NCBI GenBank assembly: GCA_963748015.1 | Contig: CAVVHE010000004.1 | Location: 32,001-96,000, forward strand | From: Terriglobia bacterium | GTDB taxonomy: Bacteria; Acidobacteriota; Polarisedimenticolia; Polarisedimenticolales; JAIQFR01 | Direction: 5' to 3' | DNA length: 64,000 bases | Part shown: positions 1 to 10,075 of the stretch, piece by piece | How the letters are laid out: each line of letters opens with the position of its first letter | Numbering within the stretch: the stretch's first letter is position 1 | Notes under the pieces: model-generated | Database searches by the model: none | What the model was told of the DNA's origin: nothing | The model's input: the letters and a program-made list of their open reading frames with translations, nothing else | Program-made: the position numbers and the translations under genes

Positions 1-1533
1 GGGCGGGATCTGCGGCGCGGGGCGGTCGCCGACCACGAGCGCCGGCGGCTCCTCGACCTTTTCCCGCGCGAACGTCTCGAACTCGCTCTCGTGCCGCTTC
101 AAGGTCGGCTTCGATTCCACCGCGATCCGTACGCCGTGCCGCTTCTCGAGCTGGACCAGGTCGTCCCGCTTGTTGTTCAGGATCCAGCCCGAGACCTCGG
201 GAGGGAGCGTCGCCTTGAGCCGGCCGAAATCGCCGCGGAGGCACCGCGCCTGGATCTTCCGGAGCGCCGCGAGCCCCGCGGGCTCGACGTTCTTGATCAA
301 CCCGAATCCCTCGCACGTGGGACAGGTGGCGTACGAGGCGCCGAGCTTCTCTCCCTTGGTCCGCTGGCGGCTGATCTCCATCAGGCCGAGCTTCGAGATG
401 CGGGTGACGTCGTACTTGGCCCGGTCGGTGCGCATGGCATCGCGCATCGCCTTCTCGACCTTCTTCTGGTTGCGCGTCGCCATCATGTCGATGAAGTCCA
501 CCACCAGCAGGCCACCAAGGTCTCTCAGGCGCAGCTGGCGGGCGATCTCCGCGGCGGCCTCGAGGTTCGTCGCGAGCGCGTTCTCCTCGGCGTCTCCCTG
601 CCGGTTGGAGCGCGCGCTGTTCACGTCGATCGCGGTCAGCGCCTCGGTCCCGTCGACCACGATCTCGCCGCCGGACTTCAGCGGCACGCGCCGCTTGTAG
701 ATGCTCTCGATTTGCTCCTCGAGGTTGAACTTGCTGAAGAGCGGGCGGTCCCCGGTGTGGAGCTGGACGATCTTCGCCTTGCCGGGCATGACGTCCCGGA
801 CGAAATCGAGAGCCCGCTCGTAGGTTTCGGGGCTGTCGATCCAGACCTCGTCGATCTCCGGCGTGAAGTAGTCGCGGATCGTGCGGATCACGAGGTCGCG
901 CTCCCGGTAGACGAGGCCGGGAAAGTCCGTGGCCTTGGAAGCCCGCTGGATGGATTCCCACAGGCGCAGCAGATAGCGCAGGTCGCGCTGCAGCTCGACC
1001 TTGGTCTGCCCCAGGCCGGCGGTCCTGACGATCAGGCCGAACCCTTCCGGCGGGTTCAGCTCCTCGACGAGCTGGCGAAGCTTGTCGCGCTGCCCCGCGT
1101 CCTCGATCTTCCGGGAGACGCCCGCCGAGTCCACGCCGGGCATGAGCACCAGGTAGCGTCCGGGAAGGGAGAAGTAGGTGGTGACCGTCGGGGGCTTCCC
1201 GGCGAACGGCTCGCGGATCACCTGGACCATCAGCTTCTGTCCGGGGTGCAGGTGCTGCCCGATGCGCCCACGCGCGCGGCTGTCGCCGCGGGAGGGGAGG
1301 AGCTTGAAGTTCACCTCGTCGAGCGGCAGGAATCCTTTGAGGTCGGACGACAGCCTGAGGAACGCGGCCTCGAGGGAGGGGTGGACGTTCTCGACCACCG
1401 CGTTGTGGATGTTCCCCTTGATGTTGGTGCGGTTGATCGTCTCGATCTCGTACTGCGCCAGAACGCCGTCCTCGAGGATCGCGACGCGCGATTCCTCGAC
1501 GTGCGTCACGTTGACGAGCATGACTTTGGACAT
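1..1533 (-). CDS. rne: Ribonuclease E/G (Rne/Rng family), N-terminal catalytic part; runs off the left edge
   Basis: Not in the ORF track. Manual minus-strand translation from ATG at 1533 gives MSKVMLVNVTHVEESRVAILEDG...KGNIHNAVVENVHPSLEAAFL..., with later motifs IDVNSAR and RQLRLRDLGGLLVVDFIDM typical of RNase E/G. Confidence 0.93.
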   Translation of the reverse strand, partial: MSKVMLVNVTHVEESRVAILEDGVLAQYEIETINRTNIKGNIHNAVVENVHPSLEAAFLRLSSDLKGFLPLDEVNFKLLPSRGDSRARGRIGQHLHPGQKLMVQVIREPFAGKPPTVTTYFSLPGRYLVLMPGVDSAGVSRKIEDAGQRDKLRQLVEELNPPEGFGLIVRTAGLGQTKVELQRDLRYLLRLWESIQRASKATDFPGLVYRERDLVIRTIRDYFTPEIDEVWIDSPETYERALDFVRDVMPGKAKIVQLHTGDRPLFSKFNLEEQIESIYKRRVPLKSGGEIVVDGTEALTAIDVNSARSNRQGDAEENALATNLEAAAEIARQLRLRDLGGLLVVDFIDMMATRNQKKVEKAMRDAMRTDRAKYDVTRISKLGLMEISRQRTKGEKLGASYATCPTCEGFGLIKNVEPAGLAALRKIQARCLRGDFGRLKATLPPEVSGWILNNKRDDLVQLEKRHGVRIAVESKPTLKRHESEFETFAREKVEEPPALVVGDRPAPQIPP

Positions 1534-1776
1534 GGAGGTGCGGATCTCCCCGGTTCCTTAGGGTGTGTCAGGTCTGGCCCGACCCATGGCTCAGGTCCGC
1601 CGCGCCGCTGGGGCCCCGTTCTCGGGCCACTCCGCGCGATCGCGACGGGCGGGCTCCTCTGCTGGTCTACCCGGTGCCCCGCGCCGCCGGCAACCACCCC
1701 GGCGACGGAACCGGGTTTCCGGGGGTGCAGCGCGGCCCTGGCGATATTGCCGGCCGCGACCGGCGCGGACAACCGG

Positions 1777-1785
1777 ACTATAACA
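1777..1785 (-). promoter_or_regulatory. Putative extended -10 promoter (TGtTATAGT) for rne
   Basis: Rare AT-rich TGnTANNNT motif ~245 nt upstream of the rne start in an otherwise GC-rich intergenic region. Confidence 0.5.
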
Positions 1786-1824
1786 CGACGTCCCGCATTC
1801 CGCCGACGACAACCTTCTGCTCGC

Positions 1825-1914
1825 CGCCCCGTTCCGTCCCGAGGTCGGCGTGTCCGCAGACAACCCTTTTTCGGGTTGGCGAGGAACACTCCGACCTCGG
1901 GACGGAACGGGGCG
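1825..1914 (+). repeat. Hairpin repeat family B, copy 1
   Basis: Perfect 24-bp inverted arms (1825-1848/1891-1914) around core GC-AGA-CAACCC-TTTTTC-GGGTTG-GC-GA, shared with copies at 10889 and 49718. Confidence 0.8.
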
Positions 1915-1936
1915 AGCGTCGGGTGAAGAGTGCGGG

Positions 1937-3181
1937 CTAGGCAGCTCGCGTGGGGGCCTTTCGAAGCTCGCGGGCGAACTGGTAGCCGAAAACCCTCCGC
2001 ATCGCCTTGCGCTTCAGCTCGCCCATCCAGAAGCGGCCGGGGCGATCGCTGAGCCAGCGCCCCTCCTCCGGCAGCATGACGAGGGAGACGTGGACGTTCG
2101 GCGCGATGCCGATCGGCAGGCCACGCTCCATGCAGGCGTCGTACATCCGCCGGAACACGGGGATCATCTCCTCGGTCTTCGGTGGCGGCACGTCGCGGTA
2201 GTCGGTGCCCGCCAGCGGCCGGAAGACGCACACGGTCGGGATCGCTCCGACGCCGGTGATCCAGTCGATCGCCCTGATGGAATCCTCGGGCGGCTCGAGC
2301 CCCGCGATGATCTCGCCGTTCGTGACCCAGGGCTCGAAGGAGCGCCCCGCCGGCGGGACCTCGTTCGCGCAGTATTCCACCGCCGCGAGATACCGGTCGA
2401 GGCCGTACTGCCGGTGCTTGCCGGGGCAGACTTTCTGGAACTGCTCCCGGTTGAACAACTCGAAGCAGAACGAGACGCGGTTCACGCCCATCCGCCGCAG
2501 CTCGCGGTATCGCTTGAGATCGTGGTGCGGGGGGGTCTGGATGCCGATCAGGAGGTTCGTGGCCTCCTTCACCTTCACGATGTAGGGCTCGAGGATGTCG
2601 AGGTAGGTGTCCCCCTCGTAGTGGCCGGTGTTGAAGTCCACGTAGGTGATCCCCGACTCGCGACGCGCGGCCCGGACCACCTCGACGACCTCGTCCACGC
2701 ACTTGGCGTCGGCGTCGTCGGCGCCGAGGTTGAGACCCACCGAGCAGAACCGGCACTGCTCCTTGGGATCCGTTTGCCAGTACTCGCAGACCTTCGCCGG
2801 GTAGATCGCGAGGTAGGTTCCCTGCAGCGATCCGATCCGGGTCATCGGCTTCCCGCTGCTCGTCTTCCGCGAGTACCACGGCGGCTGCGGCGAAAGGCGG
2901 ATCTCCGCCACGGGCCCCTCGCGCTCGAAGTCGATGAAGAACCGCCCCTCGCGGTGCCGGAGGGTGTAGGGGGAGCATTTCGCGAAGTCCTCGACCACGG
3001 GGATGTTGGTCCAGAGCCCGCCGGGGAGGATCGCCTCCAGTCCCGAGCCCAAGCCCGCGCGCGTCCTCAGGATCTTCCGGCCCCCGTGCTCCTCGACGAG
3101 CGAAGGATCGTCCATGCGGATGCCCTTGCAGTACAGGTCCAGCTTGAGCAGGCCCGGGTTCCTGCGGACGTCCGTCTCCAT
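1937..3181 (-). CDS. Radical SAM protein with extended CX10CX2C motif, function unknown
   Basis: CEYWQTDPKEQCRFCS, then barrel-like segments and IIAGLE; RBS GGAGG upstream of the ATG. Confidence 0.8.
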   Translation of the reverse strand: METDVRRNPGLLKLDLYCKGIRMDDPSLVEEHGGRKILRTRAGLGSGLEAILPGGLWTNIPVVEDFAKCSPYTLRHREGRFFIDFEREGPVAEIRLSPQPPWYSRKTSSGKPMTRIGSLQGTYLAIYPAKVCEYWQTDPKEQCRFCSVGLNLGADDADAKCVDEVVEVVRAARRESGITYVDFNTGHYEGDTYLDILEPYIVKVKEATNLLIGIQTPPHHDLKRYRELRRMGVNRVSFCFELFNREQFQKVCPGKHRQYGLDRYLAAVEYCANEVPPAGRSFEPWVTNGEIIAGLEPPEDSIRAIDWITGVGAIPTVCVFRPLAGTDYRDVPPPKTEEMIPVFRRMYDACMERGLPIGIAPNVHVSLVMLPEEGRWLSDRPGRFWMGELKRKAMRRVFGYQFARELRKAPTRAA

Positions 3182-3265
3182 GCGGTCCTCCCTAGGGATC
3201 GTATGGCATCATACGTTGACGCCGGAGCCCCGACCACTCGCGGAGCCCCGAGCCGCTCGAGAGGG

Positions 3266-4108
3266 ATGGGAGAAAGCCCCGGCGGAACAGGCGGCGGAAG
3301 GCGGCACTTGACGGGGACGGAAGTCTCGAAAGCGGCGGACTCGAAAGTCCCGGCGGAGCGGGTAGGGCCGGTCCGCCGTCTCGCCCGCTTGCTCTTCTCG
3401 ATCTTCGCCTGGACGTTCGTCCTTCTCAACGCGCTCGCGAACTGCGCCGTCGCGTTCGCGAGCGAGCCGTTCATCGGGACCGAGGCGGCCTGGATCCGGG
3501 CGCAACAGTGGTGGACTCGGCTCAACCTGGCCCTCGCGATGTTCCGCGTGAGGGTCGAGGGACTCGAGACGGTCCCCAGGCCGGCGGTCATCGCTGCCAT
3601 CCACCAGGGTAGCTTCGACATCAACGTCCTGGCACTCGCGCTGCCGCGCCCGTTTCACTTCGTCGCCCGCGTCGAGGTCCTCGCGGTTCCCATCGTCGGG
3701 ACGGCGCTCCGGCGCGCCCGGCACATCCTGATCCGCAGGGGTGGAGGGGCGGCGAACGACGAGGCGTTGCGCGAGGCGGAAGAGCGCCTTGGCCGCGGCA
3801 GCCGCGTCATCTTCTTTCCCGAGGGGACCCGGTCGGAGGACGGGAGCGTCCGGCCCTTCCGCTCCGGCGCGTTCCGCCTGGCGGCCCGGACGGGCTGTCC
3901 GCTCGTGCCGGCCGTGATCTCCGGGACGAGGATGGCCAACCCCAAGGGCACCGCGCTGATCATCCCGTCGAGGATCGTCCTGCGCTTCCTCGAGCCGCGC
4001 CTGGTCAGCGAGGAGGAGGCGCGATCGGACGCGTACCGGGAGAAGGTCCGCGCCGAGACCGCGGAGCACCTCGAGCGCCTCAACCGGGAGACCGGGCCGA
4101 GGCTGTGA
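3266..4108 (+). CDS. Lysophospholipid acyltransferase (PlsC family)
   Basis: C-terminal part of ORF 1850..4108 with HQGSFD (HX4D) and FFPEGTRS motifs; start at ATG 3266 is uncertain. Confidence 0.85.
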   Translation: MGESPGGTGGGRRHLTGTEVSKAADSKVPAERVGPVRRLARLLFSIFAWTFVLLNALANCAVAFASEPFIGTEAAWIRAQQWWTRLNLALAMFRVRVEGLETVPRPAVIAAIHQGSFDINVLALALPRPFHFVARVEVLAVPIVGTALRRARHILIRRGGGAANDEALREAEERLGRGSRVIFFPEGTRSEDGSVRPFRSGAFRLAARTGCPLVPAVISGTRMANPKGTALIIPSRIVLRFLEPRLVSEEEARSDAYREKVRAETAEHLERLNRETGPRL

Positions 4109-4207
4109 CCGGGACCGCTCGGCGGCCTGCCAACCGACCCAGCTTGACTCGAGCGCCCGCGGCGCCGATGTTCTTCCGCCGGAAGGGGACTCGGCTCCGC
4201 AGGGGGT

Positions 4208-5869
4208 GTGTCGGTGCGGTCCATTCTTCGCGGCCTGTCTGGCGGCTTTCGCCCTGTTCTCGCCTTTCTCGCCATCGTGCTGGCGTCGGCGCTTGCCGGG
4301 TGTTCCAGCTCCGGGAACGCGTCTCCGCGCCCGGCTCAGGGGAGCGAGCCCCAGCGGGGCGGGATCCTCCGGATGGTCCAGGAGGTCCCCGGGACGCTGG
4401 ATCCGGCCCTGGTGACGACGGTCTACGAGTCCCTCCCGGTGAACCAGATCTTCGACGGGCTGGTTTCCCTCGACGCGGGTCTCAACGTCGTGCCGGGGCT
4501 AGCGGACACCTGGACGATCTCCAAGGACGGGCTGACCTATGTCTTCCATCTCCGGCGCGGCGTGACGTTCCACGACGGAACGCCTCTGACCTCCGACGAC
4601 GTCCTCTACTCGATCCGTCGCGTGCTCGAGCCGGGGCGCAAGAGACGCAGCATCGCGTTCTCCTACCTCTCCGTGGTGACGGGCGCGATGGACTACGCCG
4701 AGGGAAGGCGGCCGGATCTTCCCGGCGTGGATGCGCCGGACCCGAATACGATCCGCGTTCACCTCGACCGGCCGTATTCCTCCTTCCTGGACGTCATCGC
4801 CATGGATGGCCTCCGGGTGGTGCCTCGCCACGTCATCGAGCGGCTCGGCGAGGAGGCCTTCGGGCGCGCGCCGGTCGGAACGGGGCCCTTTCGCCTGGGC
4901 TCGTGGACCCCGGACGGGCTCCGTCTCACCGCGAACCAGGGCTACTTCGGCAAGTCCCCTTACCTCGAAGGCGTGGACATCGACTTCATGCGCCAGGGCG
5001 AGACCGATCTCGGCGCCGCCCGGTTCGACCGCGGCGAGGTCGATCTCTTCGACGTTTCCACCGAGCAGATGGACAAGGTCAGCCGGGATCCGCGGATGAG
5101 AGTGCTGCGCTACCAGGACCTGAGCCTCTCGTTCCTGGGGTTCCTCACCGGTGCCAGACCCCTCGACGACGTGCGCGTCCGCCAGGCCGCGGCCCTCGCC
5201 ATCGACCGCGAGGCGCTGGTACGGCAGGCGCCGACGATGCGGCGCTTCGCCGTGGGGATCCTGCCGCCCGGCATGCCGGCGTACTCTCCCGATCTCAAGG
5301 CGCTCCCCCACGATCCCGAGAGGGCGCGGCGGCTCCTGGCCGAGGCGGGGCACCCCGGGGGGCGGGGACTCGAGCCGCTCGTCCTGTTCAACGCCTCGCG
5401 GAGCAAGGCGAGCCTCCAGGTACAGGGGCAGATACGCTCCGACCTCGAGGCCGTCGGGATCCGGCTCGACGTGCGGGAGGTGAGATGGAGCGAGCTGACC
5501 AGGAGGACCGACGACCATGACGCGCCGGCGTTCGTGCTGTCGTGGATCGCCGACCTCACCGATCCGGATGCCTTCCTGCGCTCGCTCTTTCAGTCGGGCA
5601 GCTCGTCCAACTACTTCGACTTCTTCGACGACAAGGCCGACAGGCTGCTCGAGGCCGGCGCGCGGGAGACGAACCCGGTGACCCGGGCGAGGATCTACCG
5701 CGAGGCGGAGAAGCGCATCCTCGAGTTGGCGCCGCTCGTTCCCCTCTACCACACGATCGCGGTGACGGCGGTGCGGCGAAACGTTCACCGCTTCGAGCCG
5801 ACGCCGCTGGGGGTCGCGAGCGTGAACCTGGAGCACGTGTGGCTCTCGACCGGGGACGGGACGCCATGA
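4208..5869 (+). CDS. Family 5 (peptide/nickel-type) ABC substrate-binding lipoprotein
   Basis: Lipobox LAGC; motifs IFDGLV, YVFHLRRGVTFHDG, PVGTGPF, DVRVRQA. Confidence 0.9.
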   Translation: MSVRSILRGLSGGFRPVLAFLAIVLASALAGCSSSGNASPRPAQGSEPQRGGILRMVQEVPGTLDPALVTTVYESLPVNQIFDGLVSLDAGLNVVPGLADTWTISKDGLTYVFHLRRGVTFHDGTPLTSDDVLYSIRRVLEPGRKRRSIAFSYLSVVTGAMDYAEGRRPDLPGVDAPDPNTIRVHLDRPYSSFLDVIAMDGLRVVPRHVIERLGEEAFGRAPVGTGPFRLGSWTPDGLRLTANQGYFGKSPYLEGVDIDFMRQGETDLGAARFDRGEVDLFDVSTEQMDKVSRDPRMRVLRYQDLSLSFLGFLTGARPLDDVRVRQAAALAIDREALVRQAPTMRRFAVGILPPGMPAYSPDLKALPHDPERARRLLAEAGHPGGRGLEPLVLFNASRSKASLQVQGQIRSDLEAVGIRLDVREVRWSELTRRTDDHDAPAFVLSWIADLTDPDAFLRSLFQSGSSSNYFDFFDDKADRLLEAGARETNPVTRARIYREAEKRILELAPLVPLYHTIAVTAVRRNVHRFEPTPLGVASVNLEHVWLSTGDGTP

Positions 5870-8193
5870 TCGCCCGCATCTTCCGCTCACGAACGCTCGC
5901 GCAAAGCTTCGCCATCGCGACCACCCTCCTCGTGTTCGTGATCATCTCGACGACGATGCTGGTCGTGCAGTCGCGCGTCGAGGGAACCCTGCGCGAGGGG
6001 CTCGAGGCGCGCGGCATATCCATCGCGCGCAGCATCGGCGCCGTCGCCACGCCGTCGCTCCTGGCCTACAACTATCCGGCCCTCCAGATCGCGGCCGACG
6101 GAGCGTCCGGCGACACCGGTCTCGTCTACGTGTTGATTCACGACAAGGAGGGGGCCGTGGCGGGAATCGCGGGACGCCCCGCGGCCACGGCATCGCTGTC
6201 CTCCGCGATCGCTTTCATCCCGAAGGACGCCAGCGCCTCCCAGCGCACCGTCTCCGGCGCATCCGGCGACGCCGAACGGGTCCTCGAGGTCATCGTCCCC
6301 GTCCGGGTCGAAGGCGTGAGCGAGCCGTGGGGCGCGGTGCGGGTGGGGCTGTCCTACGAGACGGTCAACGCGCAGCTGCGCCGCATCGTCGGCCACCTGG
6401 TCGGCCTGGGTCTCACCCTTGCCGTCGCGGCGATCGCCTCCGGGATCTGGGTGTCGAGGAAGATCACCGCGCCGCTCCGGCGACTCGCGAAGGGCACGGA
6501 GGCGTTGTCTTCCGGCGACGTGTCCCACCGGATTCCCGTCACCGGCGCCCGCGAGCTCGCCGACCTCGCGCAGGCCTTCAACGTCATGATGGACCGCGTC
6601 CAGGAGAAGGCGCGGGAGTCCGCCGAGTTCCAGTCGGCCCTCGAGTCGCTGAACGCGACCCTCGAGGAGCAGGTGATGGAGCGCACCTGCGCCCTCGAGG
6701 AATCGGAGGCGCAGTACAAGACCCTGGTGGAGCACTCGCCCGACGCGATCCTGATCGTGCAGGGGAAGCGGGTCCGGTTCGTCAACCGTGCCTTCGAGGA
6801 AACGTTCGGCGTGACCATGGACGAGGCGCGCGGCCCGGGTTTCGGCCTGGACCGCATCTTCGACTCGTCGTCGTCGGCTCTCGTGCGCGGCCGGATCGAC
6901 GCCTGGCTCCGAGGGGAGACCACGAGCGCGATCGAGATAGAGGGCCGCGACGCTTCGGGGAAGCCTCATCATCTCGAGCTGCGAGGGAGCCGGATCGAGT
7001 ACCGCGGCGAGCCGGCCGCGGAGTGCCTCCTCATCGACACCACCGAGGCTCGCCGTCTGCGGGAGCGGCTCGCGGAGACCGAGAAGCTCCGCGCTCTCGG
7101 CGAGATGGCGGGAGGAGTCGCTCACGACTTCAACAACCTCCTGGGGGCGATCCTGGGGCGCGCGCAGCTGCTGCGGCGTAGAGGCTTCGAGACCGAAGTG
7201 GACCGCGATCTCACGGTCATCGAGAAGGCCGCGCAGGACGGCCGGGAGACGATCCGGCGCATCCAGGAGTTCTCTCGCGTCCGCCGCGACCGGAAGTTCG
7301 TGCCGGTGGATCTCTGCGAGGTGATCCGGGACTCCCTCGAGATCACCAAGACGCGCTGGAAGTCCGAGGCCGAGCGCAGAAACATCGCCTTCAACGTGTC
7401 GTTCGACGGCGAGGAGGTCCCTCCGGTGCTCGGCAACGCCGCCGAGCTTCGCGAGGTGCTCACGAACCTGATCCTGAACGCGGTGGACGCCATGCCGCAG
7501 GGCGGGAAGCTCCGCCTGGCCTGCAGGAGGCACGGGGATCGCGTCGTCGCCGAGGTGCGGGACGCCGGTGTCGGCATGACCGAGGAGATCCGCCGGCAGC
7601 TGTTCGATCCGTTCTTCACCACGAAGGGGACCCGGGGCATGGGACTCGGTCTCAGCGTGGTCTACGGCATCGTGACGCGGCACGAGGGACGGATCGACGT
7701 CCAGACGGCGCTGGGAAAGGGCACGACATTCGTGCTGGAGTTCCCGGTGGCGACGGTATTGCCCGCCGTGCCCGGCGGGGACGGTGCCGCGCTCCCGCAG
7801 CTCTTGCGCCCCGGTAAGATCCTCGTGATCGACGACGAGCCCGAGGTCGGCGACGTAGTCCGCGACGTTCTGATGGCGGAAGGTCACGCCGTGGACACCG
7901 CGAACAGCGGGAGCGACGGGATCCAGCTCGCGACGGTCTCCACGTACGACATGGTCTTCACGGACCTGGGCATGCCGGACATGTCGGGCTGGGAGGTCGC
8001 CGAGCGGCTCGGCAAGATCTGCCCCGGCCTGCCCGTCGCCCTGGTCACGGGCTGGGGCATGAGCCTCGACGTCGCGGAGGCGCGCAAAAAAGGGGTCGCC
8101 GCGATCGTCCACAAGCCCTTCGACATCAACGACCTGATCCGCACGGCCACCGAGATCCTGGCGGGCACGGGCGCGGCCACCACCCCCGGCTAA
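5866..8193 (+). CDS. Hybrid sensor histidine kinase (TM-HAMP-PAS-HisKA-HATPase-REC)
   Basis: ATG overlaps the upstream TGA (ATGA); H-box GVAHDFNNLL, NLILNAVDAM, FDPFFTTK, GLGLS; receiver ILVIDDE...TDLGMPDMSG. Confidence 0.93.
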   Translation: MIARIFRSRTLAQSFAIATTLLVFVIISTTMLVVQSRVEGTLREGLEARGISIARSIGAVATPSLLAYNYPALQIAADGASGDTGLVYVLIHDKEGAVAGIAGRPAATASLSSAIAFIPKDASASQRTVSGASGDAERVLEVIVPVRVEGVSEPWGAVRVGLSYETVNAQLRRIVGHLVGLGLTLAVAAIASGIWVSRKITAPLRRLAKGTEALSSGDVSHRIPVTGARELADLAQAFNVMMDRVQEKARESAEFQSALESLNATLEEQVMERTCALEESEAQYKTLVEHSPDAILIVQGKRVRFVNRAFEETFGVTMDEARGPGFGLDRIFDSSSSALVRGRIDAWLRGETTSAIEIEGRDASGKPHHLELRGSRIEYRGEPAAECLLIDTTEARRLRERLAETEKLRALGEMAGGVAHDFNNLLGAILGRAQLLRRRGFETEVDRDLTVIEKAAQDGRETIRRIQEFSRVRRDRKFVPVDLCEVIRDSLEITKTRWKSEAERRNIAFNVSFDGEEVPPVLGNAAELREVLTNLILNAVDAMPQGGKLRLACRRHGDRVVAEVRDAGVGMTEEIRRQLFDPFFTTKGTRGMGLGLSVVYGIVTRHEGRIDVQTALGKGTTFVLEFPVATVLPAVPGGDGAALPQLLRPGKILVIDDEPEVGDVVRDVLMAEGHAVDTANSGSDGIQLATVSTYDMVFTDLGMPDMSGWEVAERLGKICPGLPVALVTGWGMSLDVAEARKKGVAAIVHKPFDINDLIRTATEILAGTGAATTPG

Positions 8194-8252
8194 CCGACCG
8201 CGGAACGGTAGGCCGTCGAGCGCCCGCCCTCCACGCTCCTCCGTGTTACCGC

Positions 8253-8258
8253 TATAAT
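8253..8258 (+). promoter_or_regulatory. Putative -10 element TATAAT for the atuA operon
   Basis: Consensus hexamer ~55 nt upstream of GTG 8313. Confidence 0.5.
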
Positions 8259-8312
8259 CTCCGCGGTCCGCACGCGGGCGCGCGCGGTCCCGACACCCGG
8301 AGGCTCAACACC

Positions 8313-9680
8313 GTGTCCTCGAACCGGATCCTGCGGATTGCCAACGGGCAGGGCTTCTGGGGAGACTCGGTGGACGCTCCGGTGCGTCTCGTCGAGGAAG
8401 GCCCCCTCGACTTCCTGACCCTCGACTATCTCGCCGAGGTCACCCTGTCCATCCTTCAGAAGCAGAAGCGCCGCGACCCGCGGACCGGATACGCCACGGA
8501 CTTCGTGGACCTCGTGAGGCGGATCCTCCCCTCGGTGATGCGAAAGGGGATCCGCGTGGTGGCCAACGCGGGTGGGGTCAACCCGGACGGGTGCCGCCGG
8601 GCTATCCTCGAGGTGGCGAGAGAGCGGGGAGCGAAGGGGCTCAGGGTCGGAACGATCACGGGCGACGACGTACTCGACCGACTCGACGAGTTGATCGCGT
8701 CGGGGGTGACGTTCGAGAACCTCGACGACGGCCGCCCGATCGAGGCGATTCGCGACCGGGTCCTGTCCGCGAACGTCTACCTCTCGTCGTTCCCCGCGGC
8801 GGAGGCGCTCCGGCAGGGCGCCTCGATCGTGGTGACCGGCCGGACCACCGATCCCGGCCTCGTCCTCTCGCCGCTCATCGCCGAGTACGGCTGGAAGGCG
8901 GACGCCTGGGACTTGCTGGCCGCGGGGACCGTGGCCGGCCACATCGTGGAGTGCGGCGCGCAGTGCACGGGCGGCAACTACTCTCGCTGGTGGGAAGTGG
9001 AGGGCTGGGACCACCTCGGGTATCCGGTGCTGGAGGTTTCGGCCGACGGCACCTTCGTGGTGACGAAGCACGACGGGACCGGCGGGCTGGTGAGCGTGGA
9101 CACCGTCGGCGAGCAGCTCGTGTACGAGATGGGCGACCCTCGCCGGTACCTGACACCGGACTGCGTCGTGGACTTCACCTCGATCCACCTCGAGCAGGCG
9201 GGGCAGAACCGCGTGCGCGTTTCGGGGGTGAGAGGGGGGCCCGCGACGCCGACCTACAAGGTGTCGCTCGCCTACCTCGAGGGGTACAAGGCGACGGGGC
9301 AGCTCACGGTGAGCGGTCCGGACGCCCTCGCGAAGGCCAGGATCTGCGCCGACGCGCTCTGGGGCCGTCTCCGCCGGGCGGGACTCGAGTACGAGGCCAC
9401 GAGCACGGAGTTCCTCGGCGTGGACTCCTGTCATGGGCCGATCGCTCCGGCGCCGCAGGTCGTGAACGAGGTCGTGCTGCGGGTCGGCGTCAAGGACGCG
9501 AGCCGCGAGAAGGTGGACCGCTTCGGCAAGGAGATCGCGCCGCTCGTGACGTCCGGCCCCCCGGGCGTCACCGGGTTCGCCGGCGGCCGACCGAAGGCGA
9601 CAGAGGTGCTGGGGACCTGGCCGGCGCTCGTCCCGAAGGACCGGGTCGCCGCGCGGGTGACCGTGGAGGAGGTCGCGTGA
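8313..9680 (+). CDS. Acyclic terpene utilization AtuA family protein (DUF1446)
   Basis: N-terminus RIANGQGFWGD, LDYLAEVT, GHIVECGAQCTGGN, EQLVYEMGDP. Confidence 0.9.
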   Translation: MSSNRILRIANGQGFWGDSVDAPVRLVEEGPLDFLTLDYLAEVTLSILQKQKRRDPRTGYATDFVDLVRRILPSVMRKGIRVVANAGGVNPDGCRRAILEVARERGAKGLRVGTITGDDVLDRLDELIASGVTFENLDDGRPIEAIRDRVLSANVYLSSFPAAEALRQGASIVVTGRTTDPGLVLSPLIAEYGWKADAWDLLAAGTVAGHIVECGAQCTGGNYSRWWEVEGWDHLGYPVLEVSADGTFVVTKHDGTGGLVSVDTVGEQLVYEMGDPRRYLTPDCVVDFTSIHLEQAGQNRVRVSGVRGGPATPTYKVSLAYLEGYKATGQLTVSGPDALAKARICADALWGRLRRAGLEYEATSTEFLGVDSCHGPIAPAPQVVNEVVLRVGVKDASREKVDRFGKEIAPLVTSGPPGVTGFAGGRPKATEVLGTWPALVPKDRVAARVTVEEVA

Positions 9681-10075
9681 AGACGCTTCCCCTGCACGCC
9701 ATCGCGCATGCCCGCTCCGGAGACAAGGGGGACGGGTCGAACGTCGGCGTTCTAGCCTACGACCGCCTCGGCTACGAGATCCTGAGGGACTACCTGACGC
9801 CGGACCGGGTGCGCTCGCACTTCCGCGGGATCGTGCGGGGAGAGGTCGAGCGGTTCGAGCTGCCCAACCTGCTCGGCCTCAATTTCATTCTGCACGACTC
9901 GCTGGGCGGGAGCGGCTCGTCGAGCTTGAGGAACGACGCGCAGGGGAAGACCCACGGGTTGGCCCTCCTGCGCATGCAGGTCGAGGTTCCCGACGACTAC
10001 GATCCTCCCGCGGTGGGCGCGGGCGGGCCTCTGGCGCCGGGCGGCGAGCTTCACGCGGAGCGAGGCAGGCGATGA
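9677..10075 (+). CDS. AtuA-related small protein (AtuA C-terminal-like domain)
   Basis: GTG overlaps the previous TGA; AHARSGDKGD...VERFELPNL...DAQGK. Confidence 0.85.
   Translation: MKTLPLHAIAHARSGDKGDGSNVGVLAYDRLGYEILRDYLTPDRVRSHFRGIVRGEVERFELPNLLGLNFILHDSLGGSGSSSLRNDAQGKTHGLALLRMQVEVPDDYDPPAVGAGGPLAPGGELHAERGRR

Noticed and set aside
91..1926. 611-aa plus-strand ORF
   Set aside because: It is the antisense shadow of rne, which has clear motifs on the minus strand.
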